From: Chiloscyllium plagiosum
Taxonomy: Eukaryota
Length of the DNA: 64,000 nt
Direction: 5' to 3'
Assembly: GCF_004010195.1 (NCBI RefSeq)
Contig: NC_057760.1
Span: 3,151,954-3,215,953 of the forward strand
Below the pieces are notes generated by a model. That model saw only the letters and a list, made by a program, of their open reading frames with translations. It was not told where the DNA came from and made no database searches. The position numbers and the translations under genes are program-made. This document shows, piece by piece, positions 1-12,431 of the stretch (positions are counted from its first letter, which is position 1; each line of letters begins with the position of its first letter).

Positions 1-607
1 TCCCCCCAGTGTGTAAAGGGGATGTGGATGCCTGTGTTTCCCCCCCCCCCCCCCCGTATAAAGGTGGGGGGTGTCCTTTGCAGTCCCTGTGTGTGTAAAA
101 AGGTAAGGCTCCATCCACATTTCCAATTCCTCATTGATTGAGTTCACCCTGCCACCCCCCCACACACCCACTGTCTCCCTATTCAAATGGATCATTCCAT
201 GTTTCCCACAATGTTACTACATTTGCTCGATCTTTGCCTACCCAGTCATCTGACCCTTGCTGTAATTGGATATTGTACAACCTCATTTCCTCCTGGCTTT
301 TTTCGATATGCAACTTGCTTCACCTCAATTTCCATTAGCTTGACCCTCACAAACACTGGCTCTCTCTGGAGGTTTCAACACGTTGAGCTCTCTGTCTCTC
401 GTCAGCAACAGATTCTCCTCATTTGTTGAAAGTGATGGTTAATTGGGGTCTGTGACTGCTTGGATTTCCTTTGCATCTTTTATTAAATAGCAGACAGAGA
501 AATGTAATCTTCCAGCCTGAAGGAGATCGAGACAGGCAATGATATAATCTTTGTAGATGAACACGAATGCAAAAATGTTGAAGGATGAACCGAAATGGAC
601 AAAATTG

Positions 608-700
608 CCCTGAAGAAGGGCTTATGCCTGAAACGTCGATTCTCCTTCTCCTTGGATGCTGCCTGACCTGCTGTGCTTTTCCAGCAACACATTTTTAAGC
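608..700 (+). mobile_element. Penelope-like element end fragment with hammerhead-like motif
   Basis: CTGAAGAAGGGCTTATGCCTGAAACGTCG...GATGCTGCCTGACCTGCTG; same family as the GIY-YIG-linked copy at 9850-10275. Confidence 0.65.
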
Positions 701-774
701 AATAACTCTGGTGGTGTCAAGTACAAGTACACAGTACAAATGTCAGTCTCAGTCAGAGAAAATAACCTAAACTC

Positions 775-1085
775 CAGTGAATATGGTCCCTAACCTATCC
801 AGAGTCGTCTCCTACATCAGCCCTGCCATCCTGGTATCAGGCTGGGAAACCTTCACTGCACTCCCTCCATCACAAGAGCATCCTTCCTCAGATGAGGAGA
901 CCAAAACTGCACATGGTACTCCAAATGGGGTCTCATCAAGGCCCAGTACCTACTATGAAGGCCAACATACCATTTACCTTCTTCACTACCTGCTGCAGTT
1001 ACTGTGAACTTACAGTGACTGGTGCACGAGGACACCCAGGTCTCATTGCACCTCCCCCTTTTCCAATCTGTTGCCATCCATAATG
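775..1085 (-). mobile_element. CR1 LINE fragment
   Basis: Minus-strand translation [21 protein letters not shown], typical CR1 ORF2 C-terminus. Confidence 0.75.
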
Positions 1086-1244
1086 TCTACATGTCTGTAG
1101 ATGAGAAGTTCATTTTAAACCAGTTGCCAGATGCTTGTCTAACCCCTGCAGTGATCTATTCTCCCTGCTGGGGTACACCTGATTAGTGTTCAATCATTTT
1201 CGACTGTTTAATTCAACCCATTGCCTCTTTGCTTGAGTATGCAA

Positions 1245-1495
1245 ACTCCTCTCGCTCTCTCTCTCACTCTCACTTATTGTCTCTCTCTCTCTCTCTCACT
1301 CACTCTCTGTCTCTCTATTTCTCTCTCTCACTCACTCTCACTCACTCTCTCACACTCATTCCCACTTACACTCACTCTCTCTCTCTATTTCCAACTCTGT
1401 CTCACACACACTCTCTCTCATACTCACTCTCTATTTCTCTCTCTCTCTCTCTCTCTCACTCCCTCTCTCACTCTTTCTCTCTGTCTTATTCCTCT
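1245..1495. repeat. (CT)n/(CA)n compound low-complexity microsatellite
   Basis: Direct inspection. Confidence 0.9.
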
Positions 1496-1587
1496 GTGTA
1501 TCCACAGGAAGACATTAACTAGGATATTGAGTGACCACAATAAAAGTGCTTGAATAAGATGTTTCCTTTGAACATTTTGTCTCCTAG

Positions 1588-1716
1588 ATGCGACAGTATA
1601 TGTGGGTGGTCTGGATGAAAAGGTGAATGAGCCGTTGCTATGGGAACTCTTCCTGCAGGCTGGGCCGGTGGTTAACACCCATATGCCCAAGGACAGAGTG
1701 ACTGGGCAGCATCAAG
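1588..1716 (+). CDS. SF3B4: Splicing factor 3B subunit 4, coding exon 2 (RRM1 N-half); exon 1 is upstream of the window
   Basis: ctcctag|AT GCG ACA ... CAA G|gtgag; translates (D)[42 protein letters not shown](G); 129 nt. Confidence 0.97.
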
Positions 1717-2048
1717 GTGAGAACATTGGCATGGCTGGATGTAAACTCAGCTCACTGTCTACGGAGCATTCATCCCTCCAATAATTCACTGTTAATGAAT
1801 GGAGCTTGAGATGATGGGGAGCTTACAGCTGAGTTTGCCACTGCACCGGGTGGTGCTGGCATCCTCTGTAGGCAGCTATGTTGTTTTCCCGCTCTGTGGG
1901 CTGACCTCCTGTTGGGCGTCGTGCCACACTGGGCAATGGGCGGGGATCTCCGGATCTCTCTCTCTCTCTCTCTTGCTGATGTTCCTCCTGCTTGGTGCAC
2001 TGTTGCCCACCCTTTGCCTGACACTGGTTTTTGTTCTCTCTGTTCCAG

Positions 2049-2591
2049 GATATGGCTTTGTGGAATTCCTGAGTGAGGAGGATGCAGACTATGCCATCAA
2101 GATCATGAATATGATCAAACTGTACGGAAAGCCAATCAGGGTCAATAAGGCCTCAGCTCACAACAAGAACCTGGATGTTGGTGCAAACATATTCATTGGC
2201 AACCTGGATCCGGAGATTGATGAGAAACTCCTGTACGATACTTTCAGTGCTTTTGGGGTCATCCTGCAGACTCCCAAGATTATGCGGGACCCTGACACTG
2301 GCAATTCCAAAGGCTATGCCTTCATCAATTTTGCCAGTTTTGATGCCTCTGATGCTGCCATAGAGGCGATGAATGGGCAGTACCTGTGTAACCGGCCTAT
2401 CACTGTGTCCTATGCCTTTAAGAAGGACTCCAAGGGCGAGAGGCATGGCTCAGCAGCTGAACGCTTGCTGGCTGCGCAGAACCCTCTGTCACAGGCCGAC
2501 CGTCCTCATCAGCTGTTTGCTGATGCTCCTCCTCCTCAGGCCTCTCAGGGTAATGTGGTGTCCAGCTTGGCAGCAGGAGTGCCCCCTCCAG
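2049..2591 (+). CDS. SF3B4: SF3B4 coding exon 3 (RRM1 C-half and RRM2)
   Basis: ttccag|GA TAT GGC ... CCA G|gtaag; [34 protein letters not shown]...[38 protein letters not shown]; 543 nt. Confidence 0.98.
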
Positions 2592-2696
2592 GTAAGCATT
2601 CTTCCGTCTCCCCATTCCGACTGACTGCAGCCATCGGCTCAGAGGGAGGTTCAGGGTCAAAGTGCTCTCTGGGTCACGTGAAGATCGGGCTGTTGG

Positions 2697-3770
2697 GATA
2701 ACATAGAACAATACAGCGCAGAACAGGCCCTTCGGCCCTCAATGTGAACTATTCTCAGCTCGTCCCCCTACACTATCCCCACATCATCCATGTGCTTATC
2801 TAAGGATTGTTTAAATCNNNNNNNNNNNNNCCCTTACCACTCTCTGTGTAAAGAACCTGCCTCTGATATCCGTCTTAAATCTATCACCCCTCAATTTATA
2901 GTTATGCCCCCTTGTACAAGCTGACGTCATCTTCCTGGGAAAAAGTCTTTCACTGTCTACCCAATCTAATCCTCTGATCATCTTGTATGTCTCTATCAAA
3001 TCCCCTCTTAGCCTCCTTATTTGCAATGAGAACAGACCCAAGTCCTCATAAGACCTTCCCTCCAGACCAGGCAACATCCTGGTAATTCCCGCCTCAGGCG
3101 ACTGACTGTGTGGAGTTTGCACGTTCTCCCCGTGTCTGCGTGGGTTTCCTCCGGGTGCTCCGGTTTCCTCCCACAGTCCAAAGATGTGCAGGGTCAGGTG
3201 AATTGGCCATGCTAAATTGCCCGTAGTGTTAGGTAAGGGGTAAATGTAGGGGTATGGGTGGGTTGCGCTTCGGCGGGGCGGTGTGGACTTGTTGGGCCGA
3301 AGGGCCTGTTTCCACACTGTAAGTAATCTAATCTACTATCCAAAATCCCCTCTGCACCTTTCCCAATGCTTCCACATCCTTCCTGTAATGGGGTGACCAG
3401 AACTATACGCAATATTCCAAGTGTGGCCGCACTAGCGTTTTGTACAGTTGCAGCATGATATTGCGGCTCTGAAACTGAATCCCTCTCCCAATGAAACCTA
3501 ACACACTGTGTGCCTTTTAACAGTACTCTCAACCTGGGCGGCAACTTTCAGGGATCTATGTACATGGGACTCCAAGATCCCTCTGCACATCCACACTACC
3601 AAGAATCTTTCCATTGACCCAGTTTTCTGCCGCCTTGTTATTCTTCCCAAAGTGCATCGCCTCACATTTAGCTGCACTGAACTCCATTTGCCACCTCTCA
3701 GCCCAATTGTGCAGTTTATCCAAGTCCCCCACAACCTGTAACATTCTTCCACACTGTCCACCCCTCCACT
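2697..3770 (-). mobile_element. CR1 LINE 3' part, interrupted by an HE1 SINE
   Basis: LGLFSLQIRRLRGDLIETYK...TRGHNYKL; LDKLHNWAERWQMEFSAAKCEAMHFG. Confidence 0.85.
3084..3334 (+). mobile_element. HE1-type V-SINE, 5'-truncated
   Basis: V-domain TGTGTGGAGTTTGCACGTTCTCCCCGTGTCTGCGTGGGTTTCCTCCGGGTGCTCCGGTTTCCTCCCAC and (TAATC)n tail. Confidence 0.85.
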
Positions 3771-4081
3771 GATTAGACCCTAGACGGGAAGAGAATGGAT
3801 TCAGTGGGGAAGGTTTTTGGAGTAGCAGCCTATGGGTCTTAGGATGCATGAGGTGCTGCTCCCTATCTCTGAGCGAGGGAGGGGGGGGGCGGGGGGGGGG
3901 GGTCTTGGTCTGTACTATCAGCGGCTCCCTGGCACAGGACAGGGGGGTGGGGTTTAATGGGGACCATGCNNNNNNNNNNNNNNNNNNNNNNNNNNNNNNN
4001 NNNNNNNNNNNNNNNNNNNNNNNNNNNNNNNNNNNNNNNCCCCCCACCCCCCATCTTGTTCCCCCATGCCCTCTCTGACAG

Positions 4082-4273
4082 GTATGCCACACCCAGGATC
4101 ATTCCCACCTCCAGTGCCTCCACCAGGGGCAATACCACCAGGGATGCCCCCAGCAATGCCACCTCCAATGCCACCCAGCACATCCGCGCCTGGACCACCA
4201 GCATCTGGCCCACCGGGGACGACGCCGCACCATGTGGGACCTCCGTTTCCTCCGGGAGGTATGCCCCATCACG
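4082..4273 (+). CDS. SF3B4: SF3B4 coding exon 4 (Pro-rich tail)
   Basis: ctgacag|GT ATG CCA ... CAC G|gtgag; [20 protein letters not shown]...; phase 1 at both ends. Confidence 0.92.
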
Positions 4274-4382
4274 GTGAGTATTACACCCTGACAGCGATAC
4301 TGCTGAGACTGTGGCCAGTGGTGATGCTAAAGTAACCTGTGCTTGTCTGTCTGTCTGTCTGTCTATCTCTCACTCTGTCCAG

Positions 4383-4550
4383 GAATGCACCCAATGCAGG
4401 TGCCACATCATGGACCACACAGCATGGCTCCCCTGTCTGGTGGGCCAGCACAGAATGCTCCTCACCGACCTCCCCCTCCTGGAATGCAGCATCACAACCC
4501 TCCTCCCATGGTGATGCCCCCTCGCGGACCCCCATTTGGACATCACATGG
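4383..4550 (+). CDS. SF3B4: SF3B4 coding exon 5 (Pro/His-rich tail)
   Basis: gtccag|GA ATG CAC ... ATG G|gtaag; MHPMQVPHHGPHSM...PPRGPPFGHHM; phase consistent. Confidence 0.9.
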
Positions 4551-5406
4551 GTAAGGAGGGGCTCTGTGTGGGATCGACAGTCTGGGGAAATATTCCGACT
4601 GTGATGTGGCAGAACAAGTTGAGGAAGATGCTAAAGCTCTCAGGCTCAGGTAGTTATTTCTGGAGGAACGGAACGCAAAAGCGAGTAACTGATAGTGAAT
4701 CCCTCAGAAACCACTGGTCAAACCTGCTCACTTAGAACACAGCAGCTTTCCGTTTTGGCAGACCCATCTTACAAAAGAAGCCTTGAAGAGGGAGATTTAA
4801 CAGACAGGCCCCAGGGCAAGGTGACTTCACTCTGTGTGGAGAGACTGGAGTCCCAGAGATTGTTCCTGTTGGAGCAGGGAGGTGTAACAGGAAATTGGAC
4901 TGAGGTGTTCAAAATTGTGAAGGAGTAAATAGGAGCAGCTGTCTGGTCAGACACGACGATCAGGAGGCTGAGGGTCAGATTCTAACCTCCCTCCCACTTG
5001 CTGCATCACAGTATCACAACCTCCCAGGGAAAGGGTGAACAGAGAGAGAATCATCATTCTCTGTGGGACCACAGGAGAGGGTGGGTCAATAGGGCTGTGT
5101 GTGGAACCAGAGAGGGGGTTTCTCTGTGTGTGTGTGTGTGTGTATATGTATGAGGAGCTGAATGGGGACGGGGTGGGGGGTGTGTGTGTGTGAGAGAGAG
5201 GGTTGACTGTCCCTTGGTAGGGGTGGGACTAGGCCTTCCTGTGTTAGTCAGATGGCAGCTGTGTGTGAGACCATAGTTGGAGGTTTCTTGACTGTGGAAC
5301 TGAGGGATTCTTAGAGAATCTGAGCGGGCTTTTCCAAAGAGGGGCACAACTGTGTTCTCTGTTTCCTCTGTTCTATTTAATCTCCTTTCCTCTCTCCCAC
5401 CTGTAG

Positions 5407-5585
5407 GACCACCCCCACATGGAATGCGTGGGCCCCCACCTCCAATGCCCCCGCCCGGGTTCAATGGCCCACCACGTCCTCCACATTTTGGATTTGCGCG
5501 CGGTCCACTCATGCCCCCACGTGGTGGTACCCGGCTCCCACTGCCCCCCCGAGGATTACCGCGAGGGCCCCTCCAGCCTCAGTAA
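5407..5585 (+). CDS. SF3B4: SF3B4 terminal coding exon
   Basis: pyrimidine tract then ctgtag|GA CCA ... [25 protein letters not shown]...[11 protein letters not shown]. Confidence 0.92.
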
Positions 5586-6039
5586 TGGTGACCACTGCCT
5601 CAGAGAGCCGCGGCAGCTCCTCAGGGAGCTGTGTTTGTCAGTAAGACACTGTCTGGATCAGGATGAGCTTGTAGCTGCTACAAACCGGATCACATCAATG
5701 GCTTCCCGTGCTCCGAGATTTCACAAACAACCTGGAACACGCGGCCTGCGCAGTGGGTCACTGTATCACTCTAACCAGGCTCTTGGTCACTCTCACTGTC
5801 CCTCTGGAGTGTGAGGGCTGTTAGCTGGTGAATGGAGACCGGTCCTGAGTTGCTGTATGTCTGAGAGCTGTTCCCTTTCAGACCGAAGTTTTCATGATGA
5901 TGTCTCTGCCCACCCTACAAGGCTGATGTAAATCAGAGAATTAACGTTACTGTGGACCCAACAGTTCCCTGATACACCCCTGACTCTCCATGAGAGGGGT
6001 CATGCTATTGCTGTTACAGTGAGAGGGGTGGTGTTAGAG

Positions 6040-7270
6040 GTCAGCCCAGGCTGGGGGAGGGGGTTAAGAGGTTAGCTCTGGGTCTGGGGAAGGGTGGGGT
6101 GGTTAGAGATCAGCCCTGGGAGGGGAGAGGTTAGAGGTCAGGGCCAGGCTGGGGGAGGTGGGGGAATTAGAGGTCTGCCCGGGCTAGGGGGAGGGGNNNN
6201 NNNNNNNNNNNNNNNNNNNNNNNNNNNNNNNNNNNNNNNNNNNNNNNNNNNNNNNNNNNNNNNNNNNNNNNNNNNNNNNNNNNNNNNNNNNNNNNNNNNN
6301 NNNNNNNNNNNNNNNNNNNNNNNNNNNNNNNNNNNNNNNNNNNNNNNNNNNNNNNNNNNNNNNNNNNNNNNNNNNNNNNNNNNNNNNNNNNNNNNNNNNN
6401 NNNNNNNNNNNNNNNNNNNNNNNNNNNNNNNNNNNNNNNNNNNNNNNNNNNNNNNNNNNNNNNNNNNNNNNNNNNNNNNNNNNNNNNNNNNNNNNNNNNN
6501 NNNNNNNNNNNNNNNNNNNNNNNNNNNNNNNNNNNNNNNNNNNNNNNNNNNNNNNNNNNNNNNNNNNNNNNNNNNNNNNNNNNNNNNNNNNNNNNNNNNN
6601 NNNNNNNNNNNNNNNNNNNNNNNNNNNNNNNNNNNNNNNNNNNNNNNNNNNNNNNNNNNNNNNNNNNNNNNNNNNNNNNNNNNNNNNNNNNNNNNNNNNN
6701 NNNNNNNNNNNTCAGGCCCAGCCCAGGGGAGGGGGATGTTTGAGAATCAGGCCCAGCCCAGGGGAGGGCGATGTTTGAGAGTCAGGCCCAGCCCGGGGGG
6801 GAGGGGGATGTTTGAGAGTCAGGCCCAGCCCAGGGGAAGGGGATGTTTGAGAGTCAGGCCCAGCCCAGGGGAGGGCGATGTTTGAGAGTCAGGCCCAGCC
6901 CGGGGGGAGAGGGATGTTTGAGAATCAGGCCCAGCCCAGGGGAGGGGGATGTTTGAGAGTCAGGCCCAGCCCAGGGGAAGGGGATGTTTGAGAGTCAGGC
7001 CCAGCCCAGGGGAAGGGGATGTTTGAGAGTAGAGTCAGGCCCAGCCCAGGGGAAGGGGATGTTTGAGAGTAGGCCCAGCCCGGGGGAGGGGGATGTTTGA
7101 GAGTCAGGCCCAGCCCAGGGGAGGGCGATGTTTGAGAGTCAGGCCCAGCCCGGGGGGAGAGGGATGTTTGAGAATCAGGCCCAGCCCAGGGGAGGGGGAT
7201 GTTTGAGAGTCAGGCCCAGCCCGGGGGCGGGGGATGTTTGAGAGTCAGGCCCAGCCCAGGGGAGGGGGGG
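6040..7270. repeat. G-rich ~35-bp minisatellite spanning an N gap
   Basis: Unit GGGGATGTTTGAGAGTCAGGCCCAGCCCAGGGGAG, about 15 copies at 6712-7270; degenerate copies before the gap. Confidence 0.9.
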
Positions 7271-7424
7271 TGGGTGCGGTTTAAGGGTCAGTGGTCAGGG
7301 TGTGAGGGTGTGGAGAGGCAAGGGGAGTGAATTGTGTGTCCGGTTATAATTGACACCATTCTCAAACGCAGTCTCAGCTCCTTCTGTTCCATGTACTTTT
7401 TTCCAAGAGATGTGATACATTTTT

Positions 7425-7430
7425 AATAAA
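7425..7430 (+). terminator. Probable SF3B4 polyadenylation signal
   Basis: First AATAAA in readable sequence after the stop; upstream TGTA, downstream GT/T-rich tract. An N gap lies within the inferred UTR. Confidence 0.6.
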
Positions 7431-7566
7431 ACTTGTTTGTGATTTTTTTGTTGTTGTCCTACGATCATTCAATCAGCCATGGTTCAAGGAAGAGGTACTC
7501 TCAGACACCAGGAACATAACAATAGGATCTGTGTCATACTCTATCCGAGGGTCAGAACTACCGCGA

Positions 7567-7853
7567 GTGGCACGGTAGCTCAGTGGTTAGCCTCACAGCA
7601 CCAGGCTCCCAGGTTCGATCCCACCCTCGGGCGACTGTCTGTGTGGAGTTTGCACATTCTCCCCGTGTCTGTGTGGGCTTCCTCCGCTTTCCTCCCACAG
7701 TCCAAAGGTCAGATGATTTGGCCACGCTAAATTGCTCTTGGTGTTAGGTGCATCAGTCAGAGAGAAATGGGTCTGGGTGGGTTACTCTTCGGAGGGTCGG
7801 TGTGGACTGGTTGGGCCAAAGGGCCTGTTTCCACACTGTAGGGAATCTAATCA
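7567..7853 (+). mobile_element. HE1-type V-SINE
   Basis: tRNA-like head TGGCACGGTAGCTCAGTGGTTAG, B box GGTTCGATCC, V domain, AATCT tail. Confidence 0.85.
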
Positions 7854-7874
7854 ACTAAGAGACTGCCCAATTCT

Positions 7875-9187
7875 GAGAGTCAGTACTGAGGGAGTGATAG
7901 AGGGTCAGCGCTGAGGGAGTGCCGCACTGTCGGAGGGTCAGGGCTGAGGGACCAATGCAGTCGGAGGGTCAGTACTGAGGGAGCGCCGCACTGTCGGAGG
8001 GTCACTACTGAGGGAGCGCCGCACTGTCAGAGGGTCAGCGCTGAGGGAGTGCCGCACTGTCAGAGGGTCAGTGCTGAGGGAGTGCTGCACTGTCGGAGGG
8101 TCAGTGCTGAGGGAGCGGGCACTGTCGGAGGGTCAGCGCTGAGGGAGGGCTGCACTTCGGAGGGTCAGCGCTGAGGGAGTGCTGCACTGTCGGATGGTCA
8201 GTGCTGAGGGAGTGGGCACTGTCGGAGGGTCAGTGCTGAGGGAGCGCTGCACTGTCGGAGTGTCAGTGCTGAGGGAGTGCAGCACTGTCGGAGGGTCAGA
8301 GCTGAGGGAGCGCTGCACTGTCGGAGGGTCAGCGCTGAGGCAGCGCTGCACTGTCGGACGGTCAGCGCTGAGGGAGTGCCGCACTGTCGGAGGGTCAGTG
8401 CTGAAGGAGCGCCACACTGTTGGGTCAATGCTGAGGGAGTGTGCACTGTCGGAGGGTCAGTGCTGAAGGAGTGGGCACTGTCGGAGGGTCAGTGCTGAGG
8501 GAGCGGGCACTGTCGGAGTGTCAGTGCTGAGGGAGTGCCGCACTGTCGGAGGGTCAGTGCTGAGGGAGTGCCGCACTGTCGGAGGGTCAGCACTGAGGGA
8601 GTGCCGCACTGTCGGAGGGTCAGCGCTGAGGGAGCGCTGCACTGTCAGAGAGTCAGCGCTGCGGGAGTGGGCATTTATCGGAGGATCAGTGCTGAAGGAG
8701 CGCCACACTGTTGGGTCAGTGCTGAGGGAGTGGGCACTGTCGGAGGGTCAGTGCAGAGGGAGTGGGCACTGTCGGAGTGTCAGTGCTGAGGGAGTGCCGC
8801 AGTGTCAGAGGGTCAGTGCTGAGGGAGTGCTGCACTGTCAGAGGGTCAGTGCTAAGGGATTGGGCACTGTCGGAGGGTCAGTGCTGAGGGAGTGGGCACT
8901 GTCGGAGGGTCAGTGCTGAGGGAGTGGACACTGTTGGAGGGTCAGTGCTAAGGGAATGCCACACTGTCAGAGGGTCAGTGCTGAGGGAGTGCTGCACTGT
9001 CGGAGGTTCAGCGCTGAGGGAGTGGGCACCTGTCGGAGGGTCAGCGCTGAGGGAGTGGGCACTGAGAGTCAGCGCTAAGGGAATGCCACACTGTCAGAGG
9101 GTCAGTGCTGAGGGAGTGCTGCACTGTCGGAGGGTCAGCGCTGAGGGAGTGGGCACTGAGAGTCAGCGCTGAGGGAGTGCCGCACTC
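7875..9187. repeat. 33-bp minisatellite (about 40 copies)
   Basis: Unit GGGAGTGCCGCACTGTCGGAGGGTCAGTGCTGA. Confidence 0.95.
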
Positions 9188-9848
9188 TGAAAAGAAGAGC
9201 TGTACAGTGGGTACTCGGTGTACTAAACCGTTCAATGTCCTGACTCTTTCTGGGTCCTGACTTTCCCAGACACCATTGCTGTGTTCTGTATTGTGGGGCA
9301 GTGCTCCCTTGGTACAGTGGAATTCTGGTCATAAATCTGAAGTGACATTTTGAAGATATGAAGCATAAGTTGACCATGGCCAATTGGATCAGGAATATAA
9401 AAGTTTTAGTGGCACAGAGGTGGTTTTTAAACAAATCGTTCCCAGTCTGCAACCATCCACATTTCTCGATGGCGCAAACACCCAATAGGAAAAGTAAATG
9501 AACCAGGGTTAATCAAATAATTTAGGGAAATGTATTAAAGGAAGTGGCTTATAAGAATGCCCGAAAAAGTGGTACAGGTGAGGAATTTAACATCTGATAA
9601 AGCTGCACCAAGAAACTGGGAAAGAAATGGAAAACCGACTATGAATACAAACTGGCAAGCAATATAACTGAACACTGTAAACGCCTCTGGAGGAGTGGGC
9701 TGGCCAACCCTTTCACATACCCAAACAGAGAACACAGGTGGGGACAGCAGAGTTTACGAGAACCAAGGATGCTGTAAATCGGAGACAAAAATAGAAATTG
9801 CTGGAGCTTTCCCGTATCCTTAACCCAACTGCCACACGCCAGAGCTGA

Positions 9849-10272
9849 AAATGTGTTGCTGGAAAAGCGCAGCAGGTCAGGCAGCATCCAAGGAACAGGA
9901 GAATCGACGTTTCGGGCATGAGCCCTTCTTCAGGAATGAGGAAAGTGTGTCCAGCAGGCTAAGATAAAAGGTTGGGGGGAGGGGCGTTGGAAATGCGATA
10001 GGTGGAGGGAGGTCAAGGTGAGGGTGATAGGCCGGAGTGAGGACGGGGTGGTTGGGTTGGTTGGTCCGGGTGTCCCAGAGGTGTTCTCTGAAACGTTCCG
10101 CAAGTAGGCGGCCTGTCTCCCCAATATAGAGGAGGCCACATCGCGTGCAGCGGATGCAGTAAATGATGTGTGTGGAGGTGCAGGTGAATTTGTGGCTGCC
10201 TGACCTGCTGCGCTTTTCCAGTGACACATTTCCATCTCTGATCTCCAGCATCTGCAGCCCTCACTTTCTCCT
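9849..10272 (-). mobile_element. Penelope-like element remnant (GIY-YIG fragment, inverted terminal segment)
   Basis: FTCTSTHIIYCIRCTRCGLLYIGETGRLLAERFREHL; terminal segment ~9849-9888 recurs inverted at ~10194-10230; hammerhead-like motif 9904-9935. Confidence 0.85.
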
Positions 10273-10436
10273 GCCACATGTTAGGCCTTGTTATTACAAA
10301 GGCTGCTATGACACACAACCCATTGTTAGCTACTAACAGTCCTTTATTAATAGCTATTCAGCCTCCCAGCCAGATCATTGTCCACTCCTTTGTCTCTCCA
10401 GCTGTTCCTCTGTCACTTTGGGCTTTCTCCCCACTT

Positions 10437-10745
10437 ATTAGATTACTTACAGTGTGGAAACAGGCCCTTCGGCCCAACAAGTCCACACCGACCCGCTGAA
10501 GAGTAACCCACCCAGATTCATTTCCCTACATTTACCCCTTCACCTAATACTACGGGCAATTTAGCATGGCCAATTCACCCTACCCTGCACATCTTTGGAC
10601 TGTGGGAGGAAACCGGAGCACCCGGAGGAAACCCACGCAGACACGGGGAGAACGTGCAAACTCCACACAGTCAGTCGCCAGAGGCGGGAATGGAACCCAG
10701 GTCTCTGGCGCTGTGAGGCAGCAGTGCTAACCACTGTGCCACCCA
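10437..10745 (-). mobile_element. HE1-type V-SINE
   Basis: Reverse complement of head, V domain and tail. Confidence 0.85.
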
Positions 10746-10884
10746 CATGTCTCACCCCCACCCCCACCCTATCTTGTACATTTCAACCATTAGTTTCTCA
10801 GCTACCATCAGGTTCTGAGGAAGGGTCACTCTGATTTCTCTCCATGGATGCTGTCAGACCTGCTGAGCTTTTCCAGCAATTTTT

Positions 10885-12410
10885 GTCACAGGGGAATTTA
10901 TAGTGGAGAAACTAAACAGTTACTTTGTGTTTGACTTCACAGAGTAAAAATACAGAGAATCTCCCAAAAGTAATGGGTCACCAAGGGTCATGTGAAATTG
11001 AACAAAAGGAAATCAGTTGTTTGCAAAGATGTGAAGTGGGTAAAGTTAACGGGGTTGAAAGTTGATGAATCCCTGGACCAGATGAGCTTCAAGCAGTGTT
11101 GAAGGAGGCAGCTTGAGAGATACTGGATGTATTTGGGGTTACCATACTATATAGATTCTCAAAAAAGTGGCAAATTAGATTGGAAAGTCGCAGATGTAAC
11201 CCCAGCATTGAACAAATGAGGGAGAGTGGAGCATTACAGAACTGTTAGTTTAATGTCAGGAAGTCAGTGTTCAAACCTGTTATAAAGAATGTGATCAATG
11301 AATAATTGGAAAACAATCTGAGCATTGAGCAATTTCAATGTCAATTATGAAAAGGAAATCATGTTTGATAAATTTGGAGTTTTCTTAAGAAAGTCAAGTG
11401 CGACTGGATATGTGTGTGTTTGGATTTTTAGAAGTTTCTGATAAGCCCCCAGATGGGTTAGTAAATAAAGTGAAAGGTTTGGGGAAATGTCTGATTGAGA
11501 ATTGGTTAACAGAGCAGGAATGGATGTATCATGCTCGGGGTGACAAAGATCAGTGCTAGGACCTCAACTGTTCACAATCCTATGTAGCTGTGGACCCCAA
11601 TGGGAATATGTCCACATCTGCTGGATGGGAAGGTAAATGGTGAGGAGGTTACGAGGGGAATTGGACACGCTCAGTGAATGGACTGGAACATGGCAGATGG
11701 AATAGAATATGAAGTAAGTTACTTTGCAAAAGAAAAAAAAATGTCTGAAATGGTGAGAGAGTGGGTGTCCAAAAGAACCTGCTGTCCTTGTTCATGAATA
11801 ATTGAAGGTTGACATGAAGGTGTAGTAAGCAGTTAGAACAGCAAATGATATGTTGGCCTGCATTGTAAGGAGATGCTATTACAGGAATAAAGACGTCTTG
11901 TTGCAGTTGTATTGAACTTTGGCAAGACCACACCTGGAAGTATTGTGGACAATTTTGGTTCCCTTATCTAAGGAAGGACACATTTACCAGAGGAGGAGTG
12001 CAGTGCAGGTTCCCCAGATTAATTCCTGGAATGATAGGATTGCCTTACAATGAAAGATTGACAAGATTGGGTCTATTGAAAATTGAGTGGTGACCTCATT
12101 GAAATTACAAAAATCATTCAGGGTGGACATAGGTAGTTTATTGCCCAGGAAAAATGAGTCAAAAATCTCAGCATAAAAGGAAAGCCATCTTGGACTGAGA
12201 TGAGGAATTTCTTCACTTGGACGTTCGTGATTCAATGGAATTCTCAGCACCAGACACTCAATCATTGAGTATTTAACACAGAAAGTAAAACCTTTCTGGA
12301 GATTAATAGCCTTACCAAATATAGACTCATGTGAGCAAGTGGCATTAAGGAGTTGATCAGCTGTGCTCTACAAAGTCAGCAGGCTCAATGGGCTGAATAG
12401 CTCACTCCAG
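10885..12410 (+). mobile_element. Decayed CR1 LINE RT region
   Basis: Recognisable CR1 motifs (GGAAATCATGTTTGATAAATTT, TGGCAGATGGAAT, AGACCACACCTGGA.GTATTGTG) with many stops and indels. Confidence 0.75.
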
Positions 12411-12431
12411 TTTGTAAATACTGACCCGCTG

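Noticed and set aside
1799..2048. Hydrophobic N-terminal extension of the 300-aa ORF, suggesting a membrane-anchored RRM protein
   Set aside because: Intron 2 of SF3B4 read in frame; canonical splice sites join 1716 to 2049.
8133..9235. Cys/Arg-rich repetitive ORFs
   Set aside because: Translations of the 33-bp minisatellite in several frames.
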